From assembly GCA_036351155.1 (NCBI GenBank), contig JAZBOO010000309.1, positions 1 through 26,557 of the forward strand: a stretch of DNA of 26,557 bases, written 5' to 3'. The DNA is from Candidatus Krumholzibacteriia bacterium. Lineage in GTDB: Bacteria > Krumholzibacteriota > Krumholzibacteriia > LZORAL124-64-63. This document shows positions 1-9,582 of the stretch, piece by piece. Every line of letters starts with the position of its first letter. Position 1 is the stretch's first letter. The notes beneath the pieces were generated by a model. It did no database searches. It was given only the letters and a program-made list of their open reading frames with translations, and had not been told where the DNA came from. A program made the translations under genes and the position numbers.

Positions 1-1
1 A

Positions 2-196
2 TGGTCTCTCACGCTCCAGGACACCTACGATTTCGCCGATGTGGCCCTGACCCTGGCTTCCTCCCACTACATGCTGGGCAACTTCGAGGAAAGCCTGGCG
101 GCGGTCAACCAGATCGTGAATTTCATGACGGACGTGAACACCGTCGAGGGGCGGGCCGCGCTGGCCGCCCTCATCGAGGAGCTCCTGAACAGCTGA
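2..196 (+). CDS. C-terminal fragment of an upstream gene, probably a TPR-like helical protein (partial, runs off the window start)
   Basis: Not in the ORF track. Frame 2 is open from base 2 to TGA at 194-196, with GC3-rich codons: WSLTLQDTYDFADVALTLASSHYMLGNFEESLAAVNQIVNFMTDVNTVEGRAALAALIEELLNS*. The segment LASSHYMLGNFEESLAAV resembles a TPR helix pair. It stops 10 nt before the next ATG. Confidence 0.65.
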   Translation, partial: WSLTLQDTYDFADVALTLASSHYMLGNFEESLAAVNQIVNFMTDVNTVEGRAALAALIEELLNS

Positions 197-206
197 AAGA
201 CGAGCA

Positions 207-1868
207 ATGCGTAGATTTCTGGGAATGACCTTGCTCCTGGCCCTGCTGACGGTGGCCGGCTGCCGCGACAACGATGGAGGGGGCACGGCTCCCCCTCCGC
301 CGCCTCCATCCGGGGGCGACCTGCAGGAACAGGGAACCACCGAATGGTGGAATGACCAGATCTTCTACGAGGTCTTTGTCCGCAGTTTCTACGACAGCGA
401 TGGCGATGGCATCGGCGACCTGCAGGGCCTGATCGCCAAGCTGGACTACCTGAACGACGGCGACCCCAGCACCACCACCGACCTGGGGGTGACGGCGCTC
501 TGGCTGATGCCGGTGGCCGAGTCGCCCAGCTACCACGGTTACGATGCCACCGACTACCGGACCATCGAACCGGACTACGGAACCAACGCGGACTTCCAGG
601 AACTGATGAGCGAAGCCCATGCCCGCGGCATGAAGGTGATCGTGGATTACGTGATGAACCACTGCAGCAACAGCCACCCGTGGTTCACCGCCAGCAACGC
701 GGGTGACGGTCAGTACCGCAGCTGGTTCACCTGGAGCTCCAGCAATCCGGGCTGGAGCCAGCCCTGGGGCGGCGGATCGGTCTGGCACTACGGAAGTTCC
801 GGGTTTTACTACGGAGTTTTCTGGAGCGGCATGCCCGATCTGAACTATGGCAATCCTGCGGTCGAGGCCGAGATGTTCGACACGGCCACATTCTGGTTGA
901 ACACCCTGGGGGCCGACGGGTTCCGGCTGGACGCCGTCAAGTACATGGTCGAAGAGGGTGCGATCCTGGAGAATACCGCCTCGACCTACGCCCTTTGGGG
1001 CCGTTTCCGCAACCACCTGGACACGGTGGCGCCCGAGGCCTTCACCGTGGGTGAGGCCTGGGATAACACCAATGTGGTACTGCAGTACATCGACGCGGGG
1101 CTGCACACCTGCTTCGAGTTCGATCTGGCCTCCACCACCATCAATGCCGTGAACAGCAGCACCACGGTGGGCCTTTCCGCCAAGGTGACCCAGGTGGCCG
1201 AGGACTTTCCCTTCCAGCAATACGCCACTTTCCTGACCAACCACGACCAGAACCGGATCCATGAGCAGCTGGGACGCAACGTGGGACGCAACAAGGTGGC
1301 GGCGGCCATCCTGCTGACCACCCCCGGTGTCCCTTTCCTGTACTATGGCGAAGAAGTGGGCATGCTGGGCACCAAGCCCGATGAGAATATCCGCCGGCCC
1401 ATGCAGTGGACGGCCGGGACCAACGCGGGGTTCACCACCGGTTCGCCCTGGCATGCGCTCAACAGCAATGCCGGCAGCTGGAACGTGGAAACCCTCGAAG
1501 CAGATGCCGGCTCTCTGTGGAATCATTACCGCCTGGTGATCCAGGCCCGCGCCGCTTCGCCTGCTCTGCGGCGAGGAACCTATCACACCCTGGGAGCCAC
1601 CAACGCAGGGCTTTTCGCTTTCTTGCGCCGGTACGAAGATGACGCCGTCATCGCGGTGCACAACCTGGGCACCGGAACCGTGGGATCGTTTTCTGTGTCG
1701 ACGTCGAGAAGCCAGTTGCTTCCCGGCAACTACACCGCGCGCGACATGCTGACGGGGGCGGATTTGCCGCCGCTGACCGTGGGTGCCAACGGGTCCATCG
1801 GGAGCTGGGCCCCCGTGTCTTACCTGACGGGAAATGCCAGCGTTCTGGCGCGATTGACGGCCGAATAA
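207..1868 (+). CDS. Lipoprotein alpha-amylase, glycoside hydrolase family 13 (AmyA/GH13_36-like)
   Basis: Lipobox LTVAGC followed by a Gly/Pro-rich tether. GH13 motifs YEVFVRSFYDSDGDGIGDL, SYHGYD, DYVMNH, GFRLDAVKY (nucleophile Asp), GEAW (acid/base Glu), TNHD and YYGEEVGM. Confidence 0.93.
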   Translation: MRRFLGMTLLLALLTVAGCRDNDGGGTAPPPPPPSGGDLQEQGTTEWWNDQIFYEVFVRSFYDSDGDGIGDLQGLIAKLDYLNDGDPSTTTDLGVTALWLMPVAESPSYHGYDATDYRTIEPDYGTNADFQELMSEAHARGMKVIVDYVMNHCSNSHPWFTASNAGDGQYRSWFTWSSSNPGWSQPWGGGSVWHYGSSGFYYGVFWSGMPDLNYGNPAVEAEMFDTATFWLNTLGADGFRLDAVKYMVEEGAILENTASTYALWGRFRNHLDTVAPEAFTVGEAWDNTNVVLQYIDAGLHTCFEFDLASTTINAVNSSTTVGLSAKVTQVAEDFPFQQYATFLTNHDQNRIHEQLGRNVGRNKVAAAILLTTPGVPFLYYGEEVGMLGTKPDENIRRPMQWTAGTNAGFTTGSPWHALNSNAGSWNVETLEADAGSLWNHYRLVIQARAASPALRRGTYHTLGATNAGLFAFLRRYEDDAVIAVHNLGTGTVGSFSVSTSRSQLLPGNYTARDMLTGADLPPLTVGANGSIGSWAPVSYLTGNASVLARLTAE

Positions 1869-1916
1869 CCCCGGTGGTCACCGAGCTGGACGTGGCCATG
1901 AGGAGACAGGATGAGC

Positions 1917-1945
1917 TTGACCCCATCTCGGGTTGGACTGATACT
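1917..1945 (+). promoter_or_regulatory. Candidate sigma70-type promoter for the second amylase / ABC transporter operon
   Basis: TTGACC (1917-1922), 17-nt spacer, GATACT (1940-1945). The -35 hexamer and spacing match the purB promoter, and it lies 50 nt upstream of ATG 1995. Confidence 0.45.
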
Positions 1946-1994
1946 CGCGCACAGGTTGCGGATGTACGCGGCCGCCGACCGGACGGTGACGGAA

Positions 1995-3539
1995 ATGAAT
2001 GCTGAACCCCTATTCAGGATCCGCTATTTCGCCCTTGCCCTCTTGACCCTGGGTTTTCTCGCCGGCTGTGCGGGAGGTCCGGTACCGGCGGGGGATTCCG
2101 CAGATATTCCCGCCATCCAGACGGAATCTGCCTCCGTCACGCCCCAGGAAGACTGGGCTGACGCGGTGATTTACTTCGTCATTCTGGACCGATTTGCCGA
2201 CGGAGATCCCACCAACAACGAGCAAAACGATCCCGAGCCCGGCGGCGTGGGCAGCTTTCACGGGGGAGACCTGCGGGGCTTGATCGCCAACCTGGACGAG
2301 ATCGCCGGCCTGGGCGCCACCTGCCTGTGGATCACTCCGGTGCAGCAACAGATTCCGGGTTACGTGTCGGGGGCCGGCTTCTTCGACTGGGGCTACCACG
2401 GGTACTGGGCCGACGACTTCTACGCCATCGACCCGCGCTTCGGAACCGAAGCGCAGCTGAAGGAACTGGTGGATCAGGCCCATCAGCGGGGCATGAAGGT
2501 GCTGCTGGACGTGGTGTACAACCATTGCGGGTACGACTCCCGCTACATCTTCGACAAGGGGCGGCCCTGGCTTCGCTTCGGCAGCCAGTGCGGCAATGAC
2601 GACCTGACCGGCTGTCTTTCGGGTTTGCCCGATTTCAAGACCGAGAACCCCGAGGTCCGGGAGTACCTTCTGGGCGCTCATCTGGGACTGGCCGCCCGCA
2701 CCGGTGTGGACGGTTTCCGGCTCGACACGGTCAAGCACGTGGAGCACGACTTCTGGCAGCTTCATCGCCAGCGCACCCGAGCCCAGCTGGGCGAGGATTT
2801 CTTCCTGCTGGGCGAGGTCTGGGGCGGCGACAACAAGGTCATGGATCCCTGGTTTGCCCCGGGCGAGATGGACGCCGGTTTCGACTTCGGCTTCCAGGGC
2901 AGCACCGTGGGATTTCTCCTTGGCCGAGGGCGTCCCATCGCCTACAACCGCTACCTGGAAATGCGGGAAGAGGTGCGCGAAGGCCACTTCGTCTCACATT
3001 ACCTGTCCAGTCACGACACCGATGGCGCCCTGTACACCTTGCAGGGTGATCGCGAACTTTTTCGGCTGGCGGTGGGATTGCAGATGACCGCCGCGGGCAT
3101 TCCCTGCATCTACTACGGCGAGGAAGTGGCCCGGCTGGGCGGCACCTGGCCCGACAACCGCAGCGACATGCCTTGGGGTGACCGCGCCATCCTGCCCGGT
3201 CGGGGACTGGAGCGAGATGAGGGAATGCGGGCCTGGTATCAGAAGTTGATCGGCCTCCGTCGTGAACATCCTGCCCTGCGCCGCGGTGAGCGCAAGGGCG
3301 TGGACTTCGGCAAGGACCACCTGATCTTCCACCGCCACGATCCTGCCAGTGGGGAGCACCTCCTGGTGGCCGTGAACAGGGGAGTCGAAGGAGCCCAGGT
3401 GACCTTCGCCTTGCCCGAGAACTGGCCCTCCGGGCCCGTGACCGATTTGCTGGCGGGTATGGTTTTTTCACCGCTTGCAGGGAAACTCGAGCTGGAAATC
3501 CCGGCCCGGGGCATGCTCATTCTGGCGGCAACGCCTTAA
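1995..3539 (+). CDS. Lipoprotein GH13 alpha-amylase / cyclomaltodextrinase-like enzyme
   Basis: Lipobox GFLAGC. GH13 motifs [49 protein letters not shown] and YYGEEV. I prefer ATG 1995 over 1911 because it gives a normal-length signal peptide. ATG 1911 does have an AGGAG upstream, so the start is uncertain. Confidence 0.9.
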   Translation: MNAEPLFRIRYFALALLTLGFLAGCAGGPVPAGDSADIPAIQTESASVTPQEDWADAVIYFVILDRFADGDPTNNEQNDPEPGGVGSFHGGDLRGLIANLDEIAGLGATCLWITPVQQQIPGYVSGAGFFDWGYHGYWADDFYAIDPRFGTEAQLKELVDQAHQRGMKVLLDVVYNHCGYDSRYIFDKGRPWLRFGSQCGNDDLTGCLSGLPDFKTENPEVREYLLGAHLGLAARTGVDGFRLDTVKHVEHDFWQLHRQRTRAQLGEDFFLLGEVWGGDNKVMDPWFAPGEMDAGFDFGFQGSTVGFLLGRGRPIAYNRYLEMREEVREGHFVSHYLSSHDTDGALYTLQGDRELFRLAVGLQMTAAGIPCIYYGEEVARLGGTWPDNRSDMPWGDRAILPGRGLERDEGMRAWYQKLIGLRREHPALRRGERKGVDFGKDHLIFHRHDPASGEHLLVAVNRGVEGAQVTFALPENWPSGPVTDLLAGMVFSPLAGKLELEIPARGMLILAATP

Positions 3540-3556
3540 ACCCTAAGGAGTGCCCC

Positions 3557-4657
3557 GTGGCGCGCGTCGAATTCAATGCGGTCAAGAAGTGCTACGATGA
3601 TGTCCAGGTGATCGAGAAGCTCGATCTGGAGATCAAACCCGGCGAGTTCATGGTGCTGGTGGGGCCCTCGGGCTGCGGCAAGAGTACGGCCCTGCGCATG
3701 ATCGCCGGGCTGGAGGATATCACGGCGGGAAACATCTTGATCAACGACAAGGTGGTCAACGATCTGCACCCGAAGGACCGTGACATTGCCATGGTCTTCC
3801 AGAGCTATGCGCTGTATCCCCACATGACCGTGCGGGAGAACATGGACTTCGGCCTGCGGATTCAAAAAATGGATCGCGCGGAGATCGACCGCCGCGTCGA
3901 TGATGCCGCCCGCATCCTGGGCATCGAAGAGTATCTGCAGCGCAAGCCGCGGCAGCTGTCGGGGGGCCAGAGACAGAGGGTGGCCGTGGGCCGGGCCATC
4001 GTGCGCCAGCCCAGCGTGTTCCTCTTTGACGAGCCGCTCAGTAACCTGGACGCCAAGCTGCGGGTGGAGATGCGGGCCGAGATCACCGGTCTGCAGCGCC
4101 GACTGGGCACCACCACGGTCTATGTGACCCACGACCAGGTGGAGGCCATGACCATGGGGCACCGCATTGCCGTGCTCAAGGATGGGGACCTGCAGCAGGT
4201 GGGAACTCCGCTGGAGCTTTACGACACTCCGGCCAACCTTTTTGTGGCCCGTTTCATCGGCACACCTCCCATGAATTTCCTGGAGCGCACCATCAGCTCG
4301 GACTCCCGGACCGTCAGCGGTCCCGGTTTCGATCTGCCTCTGGCGGGTTCGGCGCTCAATGCCGCGGCTTCCCTGGGCGGGGCCCGGGTCATGGTGGGAA
4401 TCCGGCCGGAACATCTGAGAGACCGCCCCGGTGACGGCGACGGTCCCACGGCCAATCTGCGCCTGAAAATTCTTCTGGTCGAAACGCTGGGTCATGAAAT
4501 CCAGGTCCACGGCAAGCTGGGGGATTTCACCCTGGTGGCGAAGGTGGACCCCCATAATCGCCCCCAGATCGACGAGGAAATCGACCTGGTCCTGGATCTG
4601 GACAGTTTGCATCTGTTCGACGCCACCGATGAGCGTCGCCTCAATAAAGGAGACTGA
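3557..4657 (+). CDS. malK: Sugar ABC transporter ATP-binding subunit (MalK/MsmX/UgpC family)
   Basis: Walker [21 protein letters not shown], signature LSGGQRQR, Walker [13 protein letters not shown]-loop YVTHDQ and a C-terminal TOBE-like region. AAGGAG RBS precedes the GTG start. Confidence 0.95.
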   Translation: MARVEFNAVKKCYDDVQVIEKLDLEIKPGEFMVLVGPSGCGKSTALRMIAGLEDITAGNILINDKVVNDLHPKDRDIAMVFQSYALYPHMTVRENMDFGLRIQKMDRAEIDRRVDDAARILGIEEYLQRKPRQLSGGQRQRVAVGRAIVRQPSVFLFDEPLSNLDAKLRVEMRAEITGLQRRLGTTTVYVTHDQVEAMTMGHRIAVLKDGDLQQVGTPLELYDTPANLFVARFIGTPPMNFLERTISSDSRTVSGPGFDLPLAGSALNAAASLGGARVMVGIRPEHLRDRPGDGDGPTANLRLKILLVETLGHEIQVHGKLGDFTLVAKVDPHNRPQIDEEIDLVLDLDSLHLFDATDERRLNKGD

Positions 4658-4659
4658 AG

Positions 4660-5871
4660 ATGATCAAGCGGGTTTTCTTTTTAGCTGTCCTGTTGACTCT
4701 CACCTTGGGGCCGGTTCTTGCCCTGGCCCAGGTCGACCTGGTGGTCTGGCACGCCTACCGTGGCAAGGAAAAGGTGGCGTTCGAGCAGGTGGTGGCGGAC
4801 TTCAACGCCTCGGGCCAGGGGATCACGGTCAAGACACTGGGTGTGCCCTACGATGCCTATGCCGACAAGATCACCGCCGCCGTGCCCCGGGGCAAAGGTC
4901 CCGATGTGTTCATCTACGCCCAGGATCGCCTGGGTGGCTGGGTGGAAGCGGGTGGCACCATCGAACCCATCGACTTCTTCGTGGACGACACCATCACCGG
5001 ATCTTTCATCCCCAGCACCATGGACGCCATGGTGTATCAGGGAAACGTGTACGGTCTGCCGGTGAACTTCAAGGTCGTCACGATGATCTACAACAAGGCC
5101 CTGATCAGCACGCCGCCCCGCACCAGCGGCGAGATGGTCAAGGTGGCCAAGAAGCATACCGACCAGGCGGCGGGCAAGTTCGGCCTGGCCTATTCGTTCG
5201 GCGATTTCTACTACCATAGCGCGCTGATGAACGCCTTTGGCGGCAATGTGTTTGACGGGACCAACCATCCGGTGGTCAACAAACCGGCCAACATCAAATC
5301 GGTCGAACTGATGATGCAGTGGTACGACGTGGACGGCATCCTTCCAGCCGAACCCAGCAGCACGCTGATCACCAGCTTGTTCAACAAGGGGGACGCGGCC
5401 ATGGTCTTTTCGGGGCCCTGGTTCCTGTCCGAGATCCAGGACGGACTGGATTTCGGCCTGGCTCCTCTGCCGACGATCGACGAGGCCGGCGGCGCCCCCA
5501 TGGCTCCCTGGATGACCGTGGAAGGGGCCTACATCTCGGCGCCCAGCCAGCACAAGGATGAGGCCTTCACTTTTGTCCAGTACCTGACGGGTGTGCAGGC
5601 CGCCAAGGTCATGGCCTTGACCGGACGTCAAACCCCGGCCAACCGCCTGGTCTACGACGATGCCGAGGTGACTGCCGACCCGGTGCTGGCGGCCTTCCGC
5701 AAGCAGGTCGAGGTGGCCAAACCCATGCCCAACTACGCCGAGATGACCATGGTCTGGTCGCCGGTGACCACGGCCATGAATGCGGTGGTCCGGAAGGCCT
5801 CGTCGCCCCAGGCGGCTTTCGATGCCGCGCAGGTCGATGTCGAGGAACGGGTCAAGAGCCTGAGGAAGTAA
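4660..5871 (+). CDS. malE: Maltose/maltodextrin ABC transporter periplasmic substrate-binding protein
   Basis: Cleavable signal peptide (VLALA-Q). MalE-like motifs GKGPDVFIYAQDRLGGW, YNKALI, AAMVFSGPW and PMPNYAEMTMVW. AAAGGAG RBS. Confidence 0.9.
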   Translation: MIKRVFFLAVLLTLTLGPVLALAQVDLVVWHAYRGKEKVAFEQVVADFNASGQGITVKTLGVPYDAYADKITAAVPRGKGPDVFIYAQDRLGGWVEAGGTIEPIDFFVDDTITGSFIPSTMDAMVYQGNVYGLPVNFKVVTMIYNKALISTPPRTSGEMVKVAKKHTDQAAGKFGLAYSFGDFYYHSALMNAFGGNVFDGTNHPVVNKPANIKSVELMMQWYDVDGILPAEPSSTLITSLFNKGDAAMVFSGPWFLSEIQDGLDFGLAPLPTIDEAGGAPMAPWMTVEGAYISAPSQHKDEAFTFVQYLTGVQAAKVMALTGRQTPANRLVYDDAEVTADPVLAAFRKQVEVAKPMPNYAEMTMVWSPVTTAMNAVVRKASSPQAAFDAAQVDVEERVKSLRK

Positions 5872-5872
5872 C

Positions 5873-7819
5873 ATGCGTCTGCCCGATTCAAACTGGCGAT
5901 TGTCGCTGGCGGGACTCCTGGTCGGCCTCCTGGTTGGGCTCATCCTGACCAGTCTGGTCATGGGCACGGGGCAGGGCCGTCTGGCCCAGCTGGGTGCGCA
6001 ACAGCAGGCAGTCATCGTGTCGGCTGCGGCGGCCGATCGGCTGGCCCAGCTGGAGGGCCAGGCCGATGCAACCCAGGCCGTATCTGCACAGGACCTGGCC
6101 GGGAAAATGGTCAATGTTCTGCCTGGTCTTGATGCTCTGCGGGTGGTCGATGTAGAAGCCCGCAGCTTGACGGCGTCCACCCACCCGGAGGATGGGGTGC
6201 CCGCTTCATTCCCCCGACGTCTGAAGCGTGAAGAAAAGGCAATGTACGACCAGGCGCGGGAACTGCAGGCGGCTCAGTTGACCAACACCCAGGAAGACAA
6301 TGCTCGTAAAGCCGAGGTGCTGGCCGAGTTGTTGCCTGACGGACGCCTGGAGCTGGTTCTGCCGGTGGTGAAAGATGGGAAGTTCACCGGCTCGGTGTAG
6401 ACCTGGTGCTCTGTGGCCATGCCTGCGGCCACGGCGGGCATGGGGCTACTGCCCTGGCTGGTGGCCTTGGCCTGCCTGGCTGTTTTTCTGGTGTCCGCCA
6501 TTTTCGTGCGCCAGGGGTTCTTGCCCCTGCTCCTGGCCCTGGTGATTCTTGTCGCCGGCCTCTGGATCCATGCCGCCCTGTCCATGGACCGGCTGGGTGA
6601 CCAGAGGGTGGCTGTCGAAAGTACGTTACGAGACAAGGCTTTGTCCTTGCCTGATCTGCTGCCGGTGGTGGCCGATGGTGTCCAGGACGATCCGGCCATC
6701 TGGGATCGTGGCAAGTTCGGCGACCCCAGAGGCTGGTTCAACGCTGCCGGGGATCTGGATGAGACGGGGATCCGCGCTGACCAGGCTCAGCAGCTGAGCC
6801 GTTTCGGGACGGCGGCCATGGTCCTGGGGTTGCTGGCCGTGATCCTGCTTTACTGGGTGGCCTCGGGCTGGGCCAACCGCACCTGGGGTGCCCTGGTCAA
6901 TCACCGCAACGCCTATGGCTTCGTGTTGCCGGCCATGATCGGCATGATCGTTCTGGTCTTTTTCCCCTTCGCCTACGGTGTGTTGCTGTCCTTCACCGGG
7001 CAAACCCTTTACAACGTCAATCAGCCGCTGTACGACCTCTTCGTGGGCTTTGACAACTATGTCCAGATCCTCAAGGATTTCAACGTCTTCACCACGGCCG
7101 AGGACGGCAGCCGGATCATCAACTTCCAGAGCTTCTACTGGACCCTGGGCTTCACCCTGCTGTGGACGGTCAGCAACGTGACCATCGGAGTCAGCTTGGG
7201 CCTGCTGCTGGCCCTGATTCTCAACATCAAGAGGTTGGCGTTCAAGCCCATCTACCGGATTCTGCTCATCCTGCCCTGGGCTGTGCCCAATTACATCACG
7301 GCGTTGATCTGGAAAGGGATGTTCCACAAGCAATTCGGAGTCATCAATCAGATGATCATGATCTGCGGTGGCGAACCTGTGGCCTGGTTCGACGGATGGC
7401 TCACCTCGTTCTTTGCCGTGTTGATGACCAATGCCTGGCTCAGTTTCCCCTTCATGATGGTCGTTTCGCTGGGCGCTCTGCAGTCGATTTCGGCCGACCT
7501 GTACGAGGCCGCCCGGGTGGACGGTGCCGACAAGTGGCAACAATTCCGATTCGTGACCTTGCCTTCGCTGAAACCGGCCCTGGTCCCGGCGGTCATCCTG
7601 TCTGTGGTCTGGACCTTCAACATGTTCAACATCATCTACCTGGTCAGTCAGGGTGAACCGGCCAATGCCACGGAAATCCTGATCACCCGGGCCTACAAGC
7701 TGGCCTTCGAGCAGTATCAATACGGTTATGCGGCGGCTTATTCGGTGGTCATCTTCATCATCCTGCTGGCCTACGGTATCTGGCAGAACCGCACCACCAA
7801 GGCAACGGAGGGCATATGA
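5873..7819 (+). pseudogene. malF: MalF-like sugar ABC permease with a long N-terminal extension, interrupted by one in-frame TAG at 6398-6400 (nonsense allele, sequencing error, readthrough, or a genuinely split gene)
   Basis: ORFs 5873-6400 and 6413-7819 are in the same frame, separated only by TAG ACC TGG TGC TCT, with no convincing RBS before 6413/6419. The C-terminal part has permease motifs AYGFVLPA, FVGFDNY, RILLILPWAVP, EAA loop LYEAARVDGA and YGYAAAYSV. Confidence 0.7.
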
Positions 7820-8697
7820 GCAGGCGCACTGATTCCGTGGGGCACATCTGGTTGCATGTCTTTCTGCTGGTGATGGTGGTGATCACCACCTATCCCATCC
7901 TGTGGGTGTTGTCGGTGGCGTTCAGCGGGCAGCAAGGGCTGGCCTTCGCCGATCTGCCGGCCGACCCCGGCGTGTGGGACCGGCTGCGGGCTATCGTGCC
8001 CTGGCCCGAGACCATCACCTGGGTCAATTTCAAGGACGTGTTCAGCCAGCAGCCGTTTGGCCGCTGGTTGCTGAACAGTGCTCTGGTGGCCGGGGCGACC
8101 ACCATTGCCGGTGTATTTCTTGCCAGCACAGCGGGTTACGCCTTCAGCCGATTCCGCTTTCCCGGTCGCCGCGCGGGCATGATGAGTTTTCTGATCAGCC
8201 AGATGTTTCCCGGGACCCTGACCCTGGTGCCCCTTTACATCATCATTGTGCAGTGGATGGAATTGGGATCAAATTTCCTGGGTTTGATCCTCCTGTATTC
8301 CACCACGGCAATCCCATTTTGTGTGTGGAATTTGAAGGGATATTTCGATACGATCCCCATCGAGCTGGAGGAGTCGGCCAAGATGGATGGGGCCGGTCCG
8401 GTGACCATTTTCTACCGGATCATTTTGCCTCTGTCCAAGCCTGCCATCGCGGTGACCGCCTTGTTCAGTTTCATGACGGCCTGGAACGAATTCGTGCTGG
8501 CCTTGACCATCATGGACAAGGAAACCATGTACACGGCGCCGGTCGGCCTGCGGTTTTTCGTGGGCGGCTATGCCGAGCAACAGTGGGGATATTTTGCCGC
8601 GGGATCCATCGTGGCCGCCTTGCCGGTGATGATCCTTTTCCTGGTGCTCCAGCGTTACCTGATAAGTGGCCTGACCGCCGGTGCGGTCAAAGGCTGA
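7816..8697 (+). CDS. malG: Sugar ABC transporter permease (MalG-like)
   Basis: ATGA overlap with the malF stop. Motifs WLLNSALVA, AGYAFSRFRFPGR, SQMFPG, EAA loop ELEESAKMDGA, AWNEF and ISGLTAGAVKG. Confidence 0.93.
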   Translation: MSRRTDSVGHIWLHVFLLVMVVITTYPILWVLSVAFSGQQGLAFADLPADPGVWDRLRAIVPWPETITWVNFKDVFSQQPFGRWLLNSALVAGATTIAGVFLASTAGYAFSRFRFPGRRAGMMSFLISQMFPGTLTLVPLYIIIVQWMELGSNFLGLILLYSTTAIPFCVWNLKGYFDTIPIELEESAKMDGAGPVTIFYRIILPLSKPAIAVTALFSFMTAWNEFVLALTIMDKETMYTAPVGLRFFVGGYAEQQWGYFAAGSIVAALPVMILFLVLQRYLISGLTAGAVKG

Positions 8698-8753
8698 TAT
8701 TTCGAGGAGAGATGTGAGTGGAAACTTTTACCCGTCAACCGATTGGAGAAAAC

Positions 8754-9518
8754 ATGCGTAAATTGCTGACGGTCTCTGTCATCCTGGTCCTGTTCCTGGC
8801 TCAGGCGGCTCTGGCCGGCGACGTCAAGTTCAGCGACCCCAAGGGCGATGACCACGGGCCCGGAGAATACGTGTATCCCACCGATGCTGTCTACGAGGCG
8901 GGATCGTTTGATCTGACCAAGTTCGAGGTCGAGGACAAGGGCGACAACGTCGAGTTTGCCGCGACCATGGCGGCCAAGCTGGACGATCCCTGGCGCATGG
9001 GCGGCGGGTTCTCGGTGCAGATGATCTTCATCTTCATCGACAACGCCGAGGGTGGTTTCACCACCTGTCCTCCCGGTTTGAACGTGGAATTTGACGAGTC
9101 CACGGCCTGGGACGTGTGCGTGGTCCTTTCCCCCCAGCCCATGTCGCGGGTCCGTCAGGAAGCCGACGCCAAGGCCGGGGCCATGGCCTCGAGCATCCTC
9201 GCTCCGGTGCGGGTCAAGGGCAAGCGCAGCACCATCTCCGGTGCGGTTCCCAAGGCCGATCTGGGTGAAGGCGATCCGGCCACCTGGAAGTACCAGGTGC
9301 TGGTGCAATCCAACGAAGGTTTCCCTTCCGGCGGCGACATGCTGACGCGCAAGGTCAACGAGTTCGAGGGACAGCATCGCTTCGGTGGCGGCACCGATTT
9401 CGATTGTGATCCCCATGTGATGGATATGCTGGGCGATCATGCCCAGTTGAAAGCGTACGAGTGCAACGAAGACGGAACGACCAAGAAGCTGGCCGTGATC
9501 AAGCTGATCAAACCCTGA
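8754..9518 (+). CDS. Secreted glucodextranase-type DOMON-like (carbohydrate-binding) domain protein
   Basis: GGAG RBS before ATG 8754 and signal peptide MRKLL...AALA. Motifs FSDPKGDDHGPGEYVYPT, FDLTKFEV, DDPW...GFSVQMIFIFID, PGLNVEFD...WD and RFGGG resemble the C-terminal domains of glucodextranase and thermococcal amylopullulanase. Confidence 0.8.
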   Translation: MRKLLTVSVILVLFLAQAALAGDVKFSDPKGDDHGPGEYVYPTDAVYEAGSFDLTKFEVEDKGDNVEFAATMAAKLDDPWRMGGGFSVQMIFIFIDNAEGGFTTCPPGLNVEFDESTAWDVCVVLSPQPMSRVRQEADAKAGAMASSILAPVRVKGKRSTISGAVPKADLGEGDPATWKYQVLVQSNEGFPSGGDMLTRKVNEFEGQHRFGGGTDFDCDPHVMDMLGDHAQLKAYECNEDGTTKKLAVIKLIKP

Positions 9519-9582
9519 GGACATGACCGGTCCCGGACGATGAACAGCTGAGCACCAAGGCTTTATCCGGAAGGAGAACGGA

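Noticed and set aside
1..228. 75-aa ORF starting at base 1 in the supplied track
   Set aside because: It has Arg/Gly/Pro-rich off-frame composition and overlaps the amylase start. Frame 2 (2-196) has much more protein-like composition and codon usage.
276..320. C-rich low-complexity run in the first amylase
   Set aside because: It encodes the GGGTAPPPPPPPSGG lipoprotein tether with mixed Pro codons. It is not a slippage tract or a tandem repeat.
1946..1962. Possible LacI-type operator CGCA-caggt-TGCG just downstream of the candidate promoter
   Set aside because: It has only a 4-bp dyad, does not fit the LacI consensus well, has no second copy that I could find, and there is no regulator gene in the window.
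6398..6400. Genome-wide TAG reassignment (alternative genetic code)
   Set aside because: TAG terminates the barrel gene right after its terminal Phe and also ends the radical SAM and rng genes at plausible positions. Only one internal TAG occurs among all the genes.
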